From an uncultured delta proteobacterium (lineage in GTDB: Bacteria; Myxococcota; Myxococcia; Myxococcales; Myxococcaceae): a stretch of 64,000 bases of DNA. Under the pieces are notes generated by a model, which was not told where the DNA came from, did no database searches, and saw only the letters and a list, made by a program, of their open reading frames with translations. The position numbers were made by a program, and so were the translations under genes. Positions 41,850 to 51,336 of the stretch are shown here, one piece after another (the first letter of the stretch is position 1; the number at the start of each line of letters is the position of its first letter). The stretch spans positions 384,001-448,000 of the forward strand of contig CAWCKH010000003.1 of the NCBI GenBank assembly GCA_963796055.1. Direction: 5' to 3'.

Positions 41850-42929
41850 ATGGAACCCTGGCACAAGCGACTGGAAGGCACCGGGAAACGGGCCCTGGCC
41901 CGCGTCGCGGCGCTGGCCTTCCGGAGGCCCATCCGCCTGCTCCCGGCCGGCCCGGGGCGGGTGTTGCTGGTCCGCATCGACGACCGCGTCGGGGAGGCCC
42001 TTCTCACCACCCCGCTCGCGGTGGCGCTGAAGCGACTCCAGCCCTCGCCGGCGGTGGAGGTGCTCGTCCACCGGCGGAGCGCCCGGGTGCTCGAGAACCA
42101 TCCGGCGATCGACCGGATCTTCCCTTTCGACCGGCGGCTCCTGGGCCTGGGGCCGCTCGCGCCCGGCATCCGCGCCCTCCGGGGCGCCGGGCCGTGGGAC
42201 GTGGTCATCGATTGCGGCAACTGGGAGGTCCCGAGCGTCACCTCGGCGCTGGTCTCGCGGCTCGTGGCCGGCAAGGCTCAGGTCATCGGTCCGGCGGTGG
42301 CGCCCACCGGCCCCCTGCACGACACGCCCGTGCCGGCGCGCACGGACACGCGGTCGGAGCTCGCACAGCGGCTGCACCTCCTCTCGCCCATCGTGGAGCC
42401 GCCGGATTCGATGCTGCCCACCTTCCGGACTCCGCGGGTCTCGACCTCGCTCCGGCCGTTCCTCGACCAGGTCCGCGCGAGCCCGCACGCGGTGCTCGTC
42501 CCGGGGGGTCGTCTCGGGTGGAGGCGGATTCCTCCCGAGCTGTTCGGCGCGGCCGCCCGCATGCTCACCTCCCTCGGCCGGACGGTCGTCGTGGCGTGGG
42601 GACCGGGCGAGGAAGAGCTCGGCCACGCCGTCGTCTCCGAGGCGCCCGGCGCACAGCTCGCGCCGCCCACGGACCTGGACGGGCTCGCCGCGCTGCTGGC
42701 CGCGGCGGGCTGCACCGTCTGCAACAACTCGGGGCCGATGCACCTCTCGGTCGCGGTGGGAGCACCCACCCTCGCGCTCTTCCTGAAGATGGATCCGGAG
42801 CGGTGGGGATACCGAGGGGCGCCACACGCGGTGCTCGACCTCACGCCGGTGCTCGAAGACGCCGGTCGGGCCGTGCTCGAGGTGGAACGAGCCGTCCGAG
42901 CGTTCGCCCTGGCGCTTCCGGGGGGCTGA
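41850..42929 (+). CDS. Glycosyltransferase family 9 (heptosyltransferase-like)
   Basis: RVLLVRIDDRVGEALLTTP, WGPGEE and NNSGPMHLSVAVGAPTLALF. Confidence 0.88.
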   Translation: MEPWHKRLEGTGKRALARVAALAFRRPIRLLPAGPGRVLLVRIDDRVGEALLTTPLAVALKRLQPSPAVEVLVHRRSARVLENHPAIDRIFPFDRRLLGLGPLAPGIRALRGAGPWDVVIDCGNWEVPSVTSALVSRLVAGKAQVIGPAVAPTGPLHDTPVPARTDTRSELAQRLHLLSPIVEPPDSMLPTFRTPRVSTSLRPFLDQVRASPHAVLVPGGRLGWRRIPPELFGAAARMLTSLGRTVVVAWGPGEEELGHAVVSEAPGAQLAPPTDLDGLAALLAAAGCTVCNNSGPMHLSVAVGAPTLALFLKMDPERWGYRGAPHAVLDLTPVLEDAGRAVLEVERAVRAFALALPGG

Positions 42930-42990
42930 GCGCACCCGGCAGGTTGGATGGGTACGTATCCTCGGAGGGCCCTCGCCCGTCCTGCCCGGC

Positions 42991-44037
42991 ATGACTGACC
43001 CCTCCGCCATCGACCCCCGAGCGTCCGAGCTCTCCGCCACGGTGACCGACTCCTGGAAGCGCTTCCTCGAGGTCTACGAGCCGCTCCGTCCGGAGCTCTA
43101 CCGCTTCTGCCGCTACCTGAGCCGCAGTCCCTGGGATGCCGAGGATCTGGTCCAGGACGCGCTGGCCCGGGCGTTCGCCACCCTGGGTGGGCTGACCGAG
43201 CCCCCGCGCGACCCGCGCGCCTGGCTGTTCCGTGTCGTCTCGAATCTCTGGATCGACGACGTCCGCCGTCGCGAGCTCCGGCCGAGCGGCAGCTCGCCAG
43301 CGGAAGAGAACTCGGGCCTCCTGGCGACCGCACCCGGCGTCGCTTCCGACCGCGCCACCCGCGAGGCGGCGGGCACGCTGCTGGTCCAGCTCTCGCCCCA
43401 GGAGCGTGCAGCGGTGGTGCTGAAGGACGCCTTCGACCTCGGCCTCGAGGAGATTGCCGAGATCCTCTCCACCTCGGTGGGGGCGGTGAAGGCGGCGCTG
43501 CACCGCGGCCGCGGCAAGCTCCGCGAGCCAGACCGGGACGACGGGCGCAGGCCCGCCCCCGGAGTTCTCGACGCGTTCACCGCGGCGTTCAACGCCCGCG
43601 ATCTCGACCGGCTGACGGCGCTGCTCCTCGATCACGCCACCGTCGAGGTGGTCGGCGCCTCGACCATCTACGGTGCTCGCAGCGCGCGGGGAACGGTGCT
43701 GACCGGCATGCTCTTCGGCAGCCAGCGGATGGCTGCCCCGGCCGACGGCGGCAGCGGCGACGGCATGGACCCCCGCTTCGCCCAGGGCGTGCTGCCCCAG
43801 CCGGCGCGGCTCGAGCTTCGGTTCCATCGCGGTGAGCCCCTGCTCCTCTCCTGGTACGTCCACCACGATGGGGAGTTCGTCCGGGCGGTCTCCCTGGTCG
43901 AGCCCTCGACCGAAGGCGACCGGATCGCCCGGCTCCGGAACTACTTCTACACCCCCGAGGTGCTCCAGGAGCTGTGCCGCGAGCTCGGACTGCCCTGCCG
44001 GACCAACGGCACCTTCCGCGCCCGGGGTGGCCGGTGA
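42991..44037 (+). CDS. ECF sigma factor with a C-terminal SnoaL-like extension
   Basis: DAEDLVQD, AWLFRVVSNLWID, LSPQERAAVVL, VKAALHRGR, then FTAAFNARDLDRLTALL. Confidence 0.88.
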   Translation: MTDPSAIDPRASELSATVTDSWKRFLEVYEPLRPELYRFCRYLSRSPWDAEDLVQDALARAFATLGGLTEPPRDPRAWLFRVVSNLWIDDVRRRELRPSGSSPAEENSGLLATAPGVASDRATREAAGTLLVQLSPQERAAVVLKDAFDLGLEEIAEILSTSVGAVKAALHRGRGKLREPDRDDGRRPAPGVLDAFTAAFNARDLDRLTALLLDHATVEVVGASTIYGARSARGTVLTGMLFGSQRMAAPADGGSGDGMDPRFAQGVLPQPARLELRFHRGEPLLLSWYVHHDGEFVRAVSLVEPSTEGDRIARLRNYFYTPEVLQELCRELGLPCRTNGTFRARGGR

Positions 44038-44300
44038 GCCCGCCGACGCAGAAGCTGGCCACAGCGATGTTCGCGCTCGCCGCCTGGACCTCGGCGGCTG
44101 CCGGGGCACCGCCCTCCGCCGCGCCCGGCCGGTACGCCCGCATCGGTCCGTTGCGCATGTACTACGAGGTCCACGGCGCCGGGACCCCGGTGGTTCTGCT
44201 GCACGGCGGTGGCTCGACCATCCAGACCTCCTTTGGCCGCTTGCTGCCACGGCTGGCGCCGCTGAGCTTCACCCAGGGCGCGGGCCCACGGCCGCGCTGA
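44034..44300 (+). pseudogene. Truncated alpha/beta hydrolase (N-terminal 88 aa only)
   Basis: GTGA-coupled to the ECF gene; signal-like stretch, then MYYEVHGAGTPVVLLHGGGSTIQTSF; no GxSxG before the stop. Confidence 0.75.
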
Positions 44301-44350
44301 CGCAGTGGGCTACCTGGGGCGGCCCACGCCGTGACCCTTGTTCGCACGGT

Positions 44351-44833
44351 TCACCGCTCCCTGCTCAACTGCTCCAGGAGCTCGGTGGTGCTGTGGTCCT
44401 TGGGATCCCCGGCGATTGCGACCCTGCCGCCCCAGGCCGCCAGCTCGTCGCGCTCGGGCACCGTCTCCGCCGTGTAGTCGGTCCCCTTGACGTGGAGGTG
44501 CGGGCGGAGCCGGTGCAGCACCGCGCGCACGTCCGGCTCTCCGAAGAGCACCACGTGATCGGTGCACTCCAGCGCCGCCACCAGCTCTGCCCGTTCGGCG
44601 GCCGGGATGCGCGGGCGCCCGGGTCCCTTCAGCGCGCGGACCGAGGCATCGTCGTTCACCGCCACCACCAGCACGTCCGCCAGCGCCTTCGCCCCCTCCA
44701 GGTACCGGACGTGCCCCACGTGCAGGAGGTCGAACGCCCCGTTCGCCAGGGCCACCGTCTTCCCTGCCTCGCGCGCAGCCTCCACGGCGGCTGCCACTGA
44801 CTCGAGTGGCTGCACCTTCCCCGCCGTGCTCAC
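44351..44833 (-). CDS. Heptose 1-phosphate adenylyltransferase (HldC/RfaE domain II)
   Basis: [28 protein letters not shown] and STT. Confidence 0.9.
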   Translation of the reverse strand: MSTAGKVQPLESVAAAVEAAREAGKTVALANGAFDLLHVGHVRYLEGAKALADVLVVAVNDDASVRALKGPGRPRIPAAERAELVAALECTDHVVLFGEPDVRAVLHRLRPHLHVKGTDYTAETVPERDELAAWGGRVAIAGDPKDHSTTELLEQLSRER

Positions 44834-45810
44834 CGGCTGCCCAGCTCCGCCGCGAGCTCGTCCGCGGTCACCAGGGCCGTTCCCGGCTTGAGGACCACCA
44901 GCGCCCCGGCCACGTTGGCCAGCTCCGCTGCAGCGCGAGGGGCCGCGCCGGCGGCGAGCCCGAGGGTGAAGGCGGCCATCACCGTGTCCCCCGCCCCGGT
45001 CACGTCCACCGCCGCCCGGCTGCCGTGCGCCGGAAGCAGCTGCACCTCTCCGCCGCGCTCGAGCAGCGCCATCCCCCGACGCCCCCGGGTGATCAGCAGC
45101 ACCTGCGCGTCGAGCAGCTTCAGTCCGGCGTCCGCTGCCCGCCCGAGCGCGCGCTCGTCCTCGACCGGCATGCCGGTGAGTGCCGCCAGCTCCGGCTCGT
45201 TCGGCTTCGCCGCCCGGAACCCGGTCAGCTTCCCGAGTGCGTATCGCGAGTCAGCCGACACGAGCACGCCCTTCCCGGCGAGGTGCCGGAGCGTCGCCCG
45301 CGTGGCATCGCCCACCACGCCTCCGCCGTAGTCGCTCACCAGGATCGCGTCCGCACCCTGCGCCGCCTCCTCCAGCGCCTGCCGGAGCCGCGCGGAGACC
45401 GCGGGCGGCAGGGGGAGCGCGTTCCCGCGGTCCAGCCGGAGCATCTGCTGCCGCGAGGTGTTCAGTCCGCCGGCGAGAATGCGGGTCTTGGTCTCGGTCA
45501 CCGGTGCCTCCACGGTCACCAGGCGGATGCCGCGCTCGGCAAACCGTTTGCTGACCGCCTCGCCCATCTCGTCTCGGCCGAGCACACCCACGGCCGTCAC
45601 CTCGGCCCCCAGCGCCCGGGCGTTGGCCGCCGCGTTCGCCGCTCCGCCCAGGGTCACCTCGGAGGACTCGTGGCGCACCACCAGCACCGGCGCCTCGCGG
45701 CTCACCCGGTCGGTCTGGCCGTACACGTAGTGGTCGGCCACCAGGTCCCCGAGCACCACCAGCTTGCGCGAGCGAAAGCCCGAGAGCAGCCGCGACAGTT
45801 CGGACGCCAC
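44830..45810 (-). CDS. Heptose 7-phosphate kinase (HldA/RfaE domain I, PfkB family)
   Basis: [18 protein letters not shown] and DVTGAGDTV. Confidence 0.9.
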   Translation of the reverse strand: MASELSRLLSGFRSRKLVVLGDLVADHYVYGQTDRVSREAPVLVVRHESSEVTLGGAANAAANARALGAEVTAVGVLGRDEMGEAVSKRFAERGIRLVTVEAPVTETKTRILAGGLNTSRQQMLRLDRGNALPLPPAVSARLRQALEEAAQGADAILVSDYGGGVVGDATRATLRHLAGKGVLVSADSRYALGKLTGFRAAKPNEPELAALTGMPVEDERALGRAADAGLKLLDAQVLLITRGRRGMALLERGGEVQLLPAHGSRAAVDVTGAGDTVMAAFTLGLAAGAAPRAAAELANVAGALVVLKPGTALVTADELAAELGSR

Positions 45811-45862
45811 GTTGACCCTCGCTTGTCCCACACCCCGCCCCCCCGGCGCCAATTCCTCGCCG

Positions 45863-46900
45863 TCAGGCCCCCGACACGAGCCGCTCGAGGTGCTCCTGGC
45901 CTTCGAGCACCTCCACCCCGAGCCGCAGCACGTGCACCCCCGCCCCCTCGGGACACCGCACCCGGTCCTTCTCCGTCGTCACCAGCCACGCGCCGGCGGC
46001 TGACGCCTGCCGCTCCAGCGCCCGCAGCTCCTCTGCGCCGAACGGATGGTGGTCCGGGAATCCCTGGAAGCCCACCACCTCCGCCCCGAGCCCTTCCAGC
46101 GTTCGGCGGAACGCCGTCGGCCGGCCGATCCCCGCGAAGCCCACCACGCGGCGCCCGCGCAGCACGTCGGCCGGGTGCACCTCGCTTGCCGGGTCCACCA
46201 CGTCGCGCGGCCCGTGCCGCGCCCTCACTCTTGGTCGCCCCGCCGGGCAGGGCATCGGGACCGGCGACTCCGCCGCCCGCACCCACAGCAGCGTCGCCCG
46301 GCCCAGCGCCGAGACCGGCTCGCGGAGCGGCCCGCGCGGAAGGAGATGGCCATTGCCCAGGCCCACCGCCTCGTCCACCACCACCACGTCGGCGTCGCGC
46401 GCCAGGCGCCAGTGCTGGAAGCCATCGTCCAGCAGCGCCACCGAGGCGCCGCACCGGGCCGCGAGCCGCGCCAGCGCCAGCCGGTCCGCGCCCACCCAGA
46501 CCGTCACCGCCGGAAGGCTCCGTGCGAGCATCAGCGGCTCGTCGCCGGCCCGCTTCACCTCGGGCCAGGGCGGCCCTTCCACCCGTACGTCCGCGGTCGA
46601 CGCCCGCCCGTACCCGCGGCTCAGGATGGCCACCGGCTGGCCCCGGGCGACGAAGCGCTCGGCCAGCGCCTGCACCACCGGCGTCTTCCCCGTCCCACCC
46701 ACCAGCAGGTTCCCCACCGAGACCACGCGCAGCCCCGGCACCCGCTCGGAGTGGAGCCAGTTCTTCGCGCAGGCCGCCGTCCGCATCCGGACCCCGGTCG
46801 CGAACAGCGCTTCCGCGACCGCCAGCGGCGAGAGGGCAATCTCGCGCAGCGGCCCGTCCGGACGCTCGGGATAGAAGAGCCGCTCGACCCAGCCGCTCAC
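45863..46900 (-). CDS. lpxK: Tetraacyldisaccharide 4'-kinase
   Basis: SVGNLLVGGTGKTP, SRGYG, GDEP, LDDGFQH, GPLREP, FPDHH and TTEKD. Confidence 0.95.
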   Translation of the reverse strand: MSGWVERLFYPERPDGPLREIALSPLAVAEALFATGVRMRTAACAKNWLHSERVPGLRVVSVGNLLVGGTGKTPVVQALAERFVARGQPVAILSRGYGRASTADVRVEGPPWPEVKRAGDEPLMLARSLPAVTVWVGADRLALARLAARCGASVALLDDGFQHWRLARDADVVVVDEAVGLGNGHLLPRGPLREPVSALGRATLLWVRAAESPVPMPCPAGRPRVRARHGPRDVVDPASEVHPADVLRGRRVVGFAGIGRPTAFRRTLEGLGAEVVGFQGFPDHHPFGAEELRALERQASAAGAWLVTTEKDRVRCPEGAGVHVLRLGVEVLEGQEHLERLVSGA

Positions 46901-47910
46901 GCCCGCGCCCCCGCGCGCGCGTACAGCCCGACCACCTGCTCCGCCACCGCCCGGGTCTCCGGCAGCGCGAGCGAACGCCGCTCGCCTCGGAGCGCGACCC
47001 GCGCCAGGGCCTCCGGGGTGGGCCCGGGGAGCACCGCGTCCACCCAGTTCCGCAGCGCACCCTCGTCCACCCCGACCACGCGCGCCCCCACCGCACGCCC
47101 CTGCACCACCGGACGCCCGGCCCAGTCGTTGCCCAACCCCAGCACCCACAGCTCGTCGAAGGCCTGCATCCAGTGCACCAGCGACGCGCCGCTCTGGTAC
47201 CCGGTGAAGCGCATGTGCGAGGACAGCCCCAGCGCGTGCGCCTGCGCCCGGAGCGTCGGCCCGAGCTGCCCGTCGCCCACCAGCACCAGCATCGCCCCGG
47301 GCTCGCGCACGTGCAGCCGGGTGAAGGCGGCGAGCGCGACGTCGTGCCGGCGTGACGCCTGGAAGGTGGACACCATGCCGATGACCGGAGCGGTGAGGCC
47401 CAGCGAGGCCTGAAGCGCGGTGCGGTCCCGGGCGGGCCGGAACGCGGGACCGAGCAGCGGGGGCAACACCATCCACGGGCGCCGGAGCCCCACCCCCAGC
47501 TCGGCCGTGGGCACGGTGAAGGCCGCGGCGGGGGGACGGAGCGCCCGGCGCGACCGCGCGGCGTGGAAGGAACGCACCCGGATGCCCCGGTGCCCGGACA
47601 GCGCCGCCACCCAGTGGTCATGGCTGAAATGGGTGTGGACCACGTCGACCTCCAGCGTCCTCAGCCGGCGTGCATCTCGCCACACTCCGGCCGCGCCGTC
47701 TCGGGTGCTGAGCCGGAGCCCCCCGCCGTCCAGGAGCCCCAGCCGCTCGAGGTACGGCGCGGCCGGCTCCTCCGAGCCCGTCCCGGCGCGGGTGGAGTCG
47801 ATGGCCACCGAGACGGTGTGTCCGAGCGCCCGCTGCGCCTCCGCGAGCAGCGCCACCGGCTCGGCCGGCCCGCTCCAGACCGGGCTGGAGAGCAGATGGA
47901 GGATCCTCAC
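46897..47910 (-). CDS. Glycosyltransferase family 4 (LPS core)
   Basis: RILHLLSS, VVHTHFSHDH and LVLVGDG; coupled within the LPS operon. Confidence 0.8.
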   Translation of the reverse strand: MRILHLLSSPVWSGPAEPVALLAEAQRALGHTVSVAIDSTRAGTGSEEPAAPYLERLGLLDGGGLRLSTRDGAAGVWRDARRLRTLEVDVVHTHFSHDHWVAALSGHRGIRVRSFHAARSRRALRPPAAAFTVPTAELGVGLRRPWMVLPPLLGPAFRPARDRTALQASLGLTAPVIGMVSTFQASRRHDVALAAFTRLHVREPGAMLVLVGDGQLGPTLRAQAHALGLSSHMRFTGYQSGASLVHWMQAFDELWVLGLGNDWAGRPVVQGRAVGARVVGVDEGALRNWVDAVLPGPTPEALARVALRGERRSLALPETRAVAEQVVGLYARAGARA

Positions 47911-48884
47911 CGGAGCCGCTCCACCCGCGCGTACACCCCCCGGAGAGCCTCCACCTCGACGCCCAGCGTCCACCGGGCGCGGATCTCCGTCACCGCCGCG
48001 CGCCCCACGGCCTCCGCCCGGGAGGGGTCGGCGAGCAGTGGCTCGAGCAGGTCCCCCAGGGCGGTGACGTCTCCCGCCGGGTAGAGGAACCCGGTCACCC
48101 CGTGCTCCACCAGCTCGGGGTAGTGGGGCAGCGCCGCCGCCACCACGCAGCAGCCACTGGCCATCGCCTCGAGCAGCACCAGCGAGAAGCTCTCCTGTCG
48201 CGATGGCTGGACCAGCACCGTCAGCCCTCGGTAGAGCGCGGTGGTGTCGTCGAGCTCTCCCAGCTGCTCGAGCCCGGCCAGGCGATCGGCGAACCCCCGC
48301 CAGCGCCGGGTCACCAGCCCGACCAGCACCGCCCGCCAGCCGGGAAACATCCGGCCCAGCACACCCCAGGCCGCCGCGAGGTCCTGCTGCCCCTTCGAGG
48401 GACGGATCCGCCCCACCGCGCCGAGGCCTCGCGCGCCTCCCACCCCCAGCGCGCGCCAGGCCTCCGCCCGGTCGCTGGGAGGCGAGAAGCGCTCCACGTC
48501 CACGCCGTGCGAGACCACCTCGGCGGCAAGCCCCAGCTCGCGGAGCGCCACCCGGGTCAGCACCAGGCGCGCATCGGCCCGCCGCGCCAGGAACCGCGTC
48601 CACGCCGACGGCCGACCCGCCGAATGCCGGGTGAAGACCACCCGGACCGAGCGCGCCATCGCCCGGAGCAGCAGCGCCGCCAGGAGCTCGAGGTTGCGAT
48701 GGGCGTGCACCACCAGCGGGCCAGCCCGTGCCCGCGCCCGGAGCTCGCGCCAGGGGAGCCGCCGCACGCCGGAGAGCGGACCCCAGCCCGTGACCTCCGC
48801 GGGCAACAGCCGGGCCACGTCCTCCACGTGGCGGGTCACCCCGGTGCGCCGTCCGTGGAAGTGGAGGTGCACCACCGGGATCAT
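47907..48884 (-). CDS. Glycosyltransferase family 4 (LpcC-like core transferase)
   Basis: RRTGVT, HAHRNLE, HGVD, GRIRPSKGQ and ESFSLVLLEAMASG. Confidence 0.85.
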   Translation of the reverse strand: MIPVVHLHFHGRRTGVTRHVEDVARLLPAEVTGWGPLSGVRRLPWRELRARARAGPLVVHAHRNLELLAALLLRAMARSVRVVFTRHSAGRPSAWTRFLARRADARLVLTRVALRELGLAAEVVSHGVDVERFSPPSDRAEAWRALGVGGARGLGAVGRIRPSKGQQDLAAAWGVLGRMFPGWRAVLVGLVTRRWRGFADRLAGLEQLGELDDTTALYRGLTVLVQPSRQESFSLVLLEAMASGCCVVAAALPHYPELVEHGVTGFLYPAGDVTALGDLLEPLLADPSRAEAVGRAAVTEIRARWTLGVEVEALRGVYARVERLR

Positions 48885-50188
48885 CCCACCGACCCCGTCC
48901 GTCGCGGAGTCGAGCGGGTTCCGGCGCCCAGCAGCAGCCGGGCCACCAGGTCCACGTTGCGCTGGCTCGCCCCGGACACCTGCCGCACCGACTGCGCGGC
49001 CAGGGCCCCGAGGTTGGCGAGGACGTCCGGACGGCCCAGCAGCTCCGAGAGCACCCGATGGAGCTGCTCGGCGTCGGCCACCTGGAGGCCTCCCCGACCG
49101 AGCAGCACCTGGACGCTGTCGCGGAAGTTCTCCATCCGGGGGCCGAAGAGGACCGGGCGGCCCTGCGCGGCGGGCTCGAGGATGTTCTGGCCGCCGCGGG
49201 CGGTGAAGCTCCCGCCGACGAACACCACCGTGGCCAGGCGGTAGGCCCGGGCGAGCTCGCCGATGGTGTCGAGGACCATCACCGGCGACCCCGAGGGCCC
49301 TCCCGTCCGCCGGCCGGCCTCCACGCCGCGAGCCTGGGCCAGCGACTGCACCCGCGCGGCCCGGTCCACGTAGCGCGGCGCCAGCACCAGCCGGAGCCCC
49401 GGGTGCGACTGCCGCAGCCGCTCCCACACCGAGAGGAGAATCTCCTCCTCGCCCTCGTGGGTGCTCCCCCCCATCAGCACCAGCGCCTCCGGCGGCAACC
49501 CGAGCGCGGTCCGGAGCGCGTCGTCCTCCGGCGAGGGGGCTGGCACCGCCAGCCCATCGAACTTGGTGTTCCCCGTCACCCACACCCGGTCCAGCGGCGC
49601 CCCGAGCGACAGCGCGCGCTCGGCCTCCTCGTCCTCGCGCATGAGCAACAGGTCCAGCTCGGCGAGGGGATTTCCGAAGACGGCGAAGAGCGTCCGGTAG
49701 CCCCGGAGCCGCTCCGGCGAGAACCGGCCGTTGGTGAGCACCACCCGCGTGCCGGCGACGTGCGCGGCGTGAATGAGGTTCGGCCAGATCTCCGCATACT
49801 CGAGCACCAGGAGGTCCGGCCTGAGCGCCCGCACCGCCCGCCGGGTGCTCCCCGCCAGGTCCCAGGGCGCGTACAGCACCGCGTCCACCTGCGAACGCAG
49901 CCGCTGCTCGGCCATCGCCCGCCCGGTGTCGGTCATGGTGGTGAGCACGATGCGCGCGTCGGGGAAGCGCTCGCGGAACCGGCCGATCATCGGCGCCAGG
50001 GCCTGGAGATCACCCGCGCTCGCGCCGTGGAGCCACACCCGCGGCCACCCTCCTGCGAGGAGGCTCTCGGGGCGGTAGAAGCCGAACCGCTCCAGGAGGC
50101 CTGCCCGCGTCTTCCGCGCAACCAGGAGCACCGGCGCGAGGAGCAGGAAGAGGAGCGTGCTGAGCAGCACGTACAGCGCCCGCCTCAC
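48881..50188 (-). CDS. waaA: Kdo transferase
   Basis: WLHGASAGD, EYAEIWPN, GNTKFD, STHEGEE, DTIGEL and GGQNILEP. Confidence 0.93.
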   Translation of the reverse strand: MRRALYVLLSTLLFLLLAPVLLVARKTRAGLLERFGFYRPESLLAGGWPRVWLHGASAGDLQALAPMIGRFRERFPDARIVLTTMTDTGRAMAEQRLRSQVDAVLYAPWDLAGSTRRAVRALRPDLLVLEYAEIWPNLIHAAHVAGTRVVLTNGRFSPERLRGYRTLFAVFGNPLAELDLLLMREDEEAERALSLGAPLDRVWVTGNTKFDGLAVPAPSPEDDALRTALGLPPEALVLMGGSTHEGEEEILLSVWERLRQSHPGLRLVLAPRYVDRAARVQSLAQARGVEAGRRTGGPSGSPVMVLDTIGELARAYRLATVVFVGGSFTARGGQNILEPAAQGRPVLFGPRMENFRDSVQVLLGRGGLQVADAEQLHRVLSELLGRPDVLANLGALAAQSVRQVSGASQRNVDLVARLLLGAGTRSTPRRTGSVG

Positions 50189-51336
50189 GGCCCAGCCTCC
50201 ACCTTCACCGGCTGGGCCACGAGCCAGGGCCAGGACACGTCGCCCAGCCCGAGCCCCGGCGTCTGCACCCGGACCTCCACCAGCACCTGCCCGGGTCCCT
50301 CCAGGCGGAGGCGCGAGGCATCCACCATGCGCCCCGGGCCGTGCACCCGGATCTGCACGCCGGACGGATGTACCGCCGGGAGCCGCACCTCGAGCACTTC
50401 GCCCACCCGGAACGTCCGCCGGTCCGCCGGCAGGACCGCGAACCCGGCCGCCGCGGCCAGCGCGTCCACGGCGCAGTAGAAGCGGCCGGCCCGGAGCTCC
50501 TGCACCACCGCCTGCGCACCCTCGGCCGGCGCCACCGGCAAGGAGGTGATGCCGGTGAGGTGCACCGACATCCAGCGGAAGGCCGCGCCGTAGCTCGGGT
50601 AGCCGTGCGCGTCCGGGCCACAAAAGGCGAGCTTGGGCTCCGCCCCGTCGAGGGCGAGCAGCCAGTCCTCCACCGGCGAGGCCTCGGCCAGCGCGTAGAC
50701 CATCGCGCGCTCGGGGCTCACCAGGGCGGTGCCCAGCGCCGGCAGCAGACGGGTCAGGGGCCGCTGGCGGAGCGCGCCCCAGGCCGAGTCGCCGCTCCAT
50801 ACCTCGGCGCCGCTCGCGCTCCGGGCCTGCGCCAGGTCCGTCCATGCCCGCTGGGGGTGCAGCGGATGGGCCACCACCGCGATGCCGCCCAGCTCGAGCA
50901 CGGCGCGGACCGGGGCCGAGACCTTCTCCGCGTCGGTCAGCGCCCGCCGGCTCCCCACGTCCGCCAGGTGACCGAACGGGGTGCTCGACTCCTCGCCCGG
51001 GACGAGCAGCACGCCTTCCTCGCGCGCCGGGGTGGGCAGCTCCCTGGGGTTGTGGTCGGTCAGCACCACGAAGTCGAGGCCGGCCGAGCGCGCCGCCAGG
51101 GCGACATCGCTGGGGCTTCTGCGGCCGTCGCTGCGGGTGGTGTGCACGTGCCATGCGCCCCGCAGCTCGCGCGTCGCCGGCGGTGGAGTCAGCGGGAGCG
51201 GACGCACCGCGGCCAGCAGCGCGAACCACCCCAGGGTGAGGACCAGGAGCCCCAGCGCCCAGCTCAGCACCCGGACCCATCCCGGCGTCTTCCTCCGGCG
51301 CCGGATGGGCCGGAGCACCATGCTGGGACGTCTCAC
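50185..51336 (-). CDS. Membrane-anchored PHP-domain metallo-phosphoesterase
   Basis: TM segment after a basic N-terminus, then HVHTTRSDG, LTDHN, AHP and GPDAH; start is GTG 51336 or ATG 51321. Confidence 0.8.
   Translation of the reverse strand: MRRPSMVLRPIRRRRKTPGWVRVLSWALGLLVLTLGWFALLAAVRPLPLTPPPATRELRGAWHVHTTRSDGRRSPSDVALAARSAGLDFVVLTDHNPRELPTPAREEGVLLVPGEESSTPFGHLADVGSRRALTDAEKVSAPVRAVLELGGIAVVAHPLHPQRAWTDLAQARSASGAEVWSGDSAWGALRQRPLTRLLPALGTALVSPERAMVYALAEASPVEDWLLALDGAEPKLAFCGPDAHGYPSYGAAFRWMSVHLTGITSLPVAPAEGAQAVVQELRAGRFYCAVDALAAAAGFAVLPADRRTFRVGEVLEVRLPAVHPSGVQIRVHGPGRMVDASRLRLEGPGQVLVEVRVQTPGLGLGDVSWPWLVAQPVKVEAGP

Noticed and set aside
44351..45810. Split HldE, and LpxI in place of LpxH
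   Set aside because: Both are known variants and not novel.
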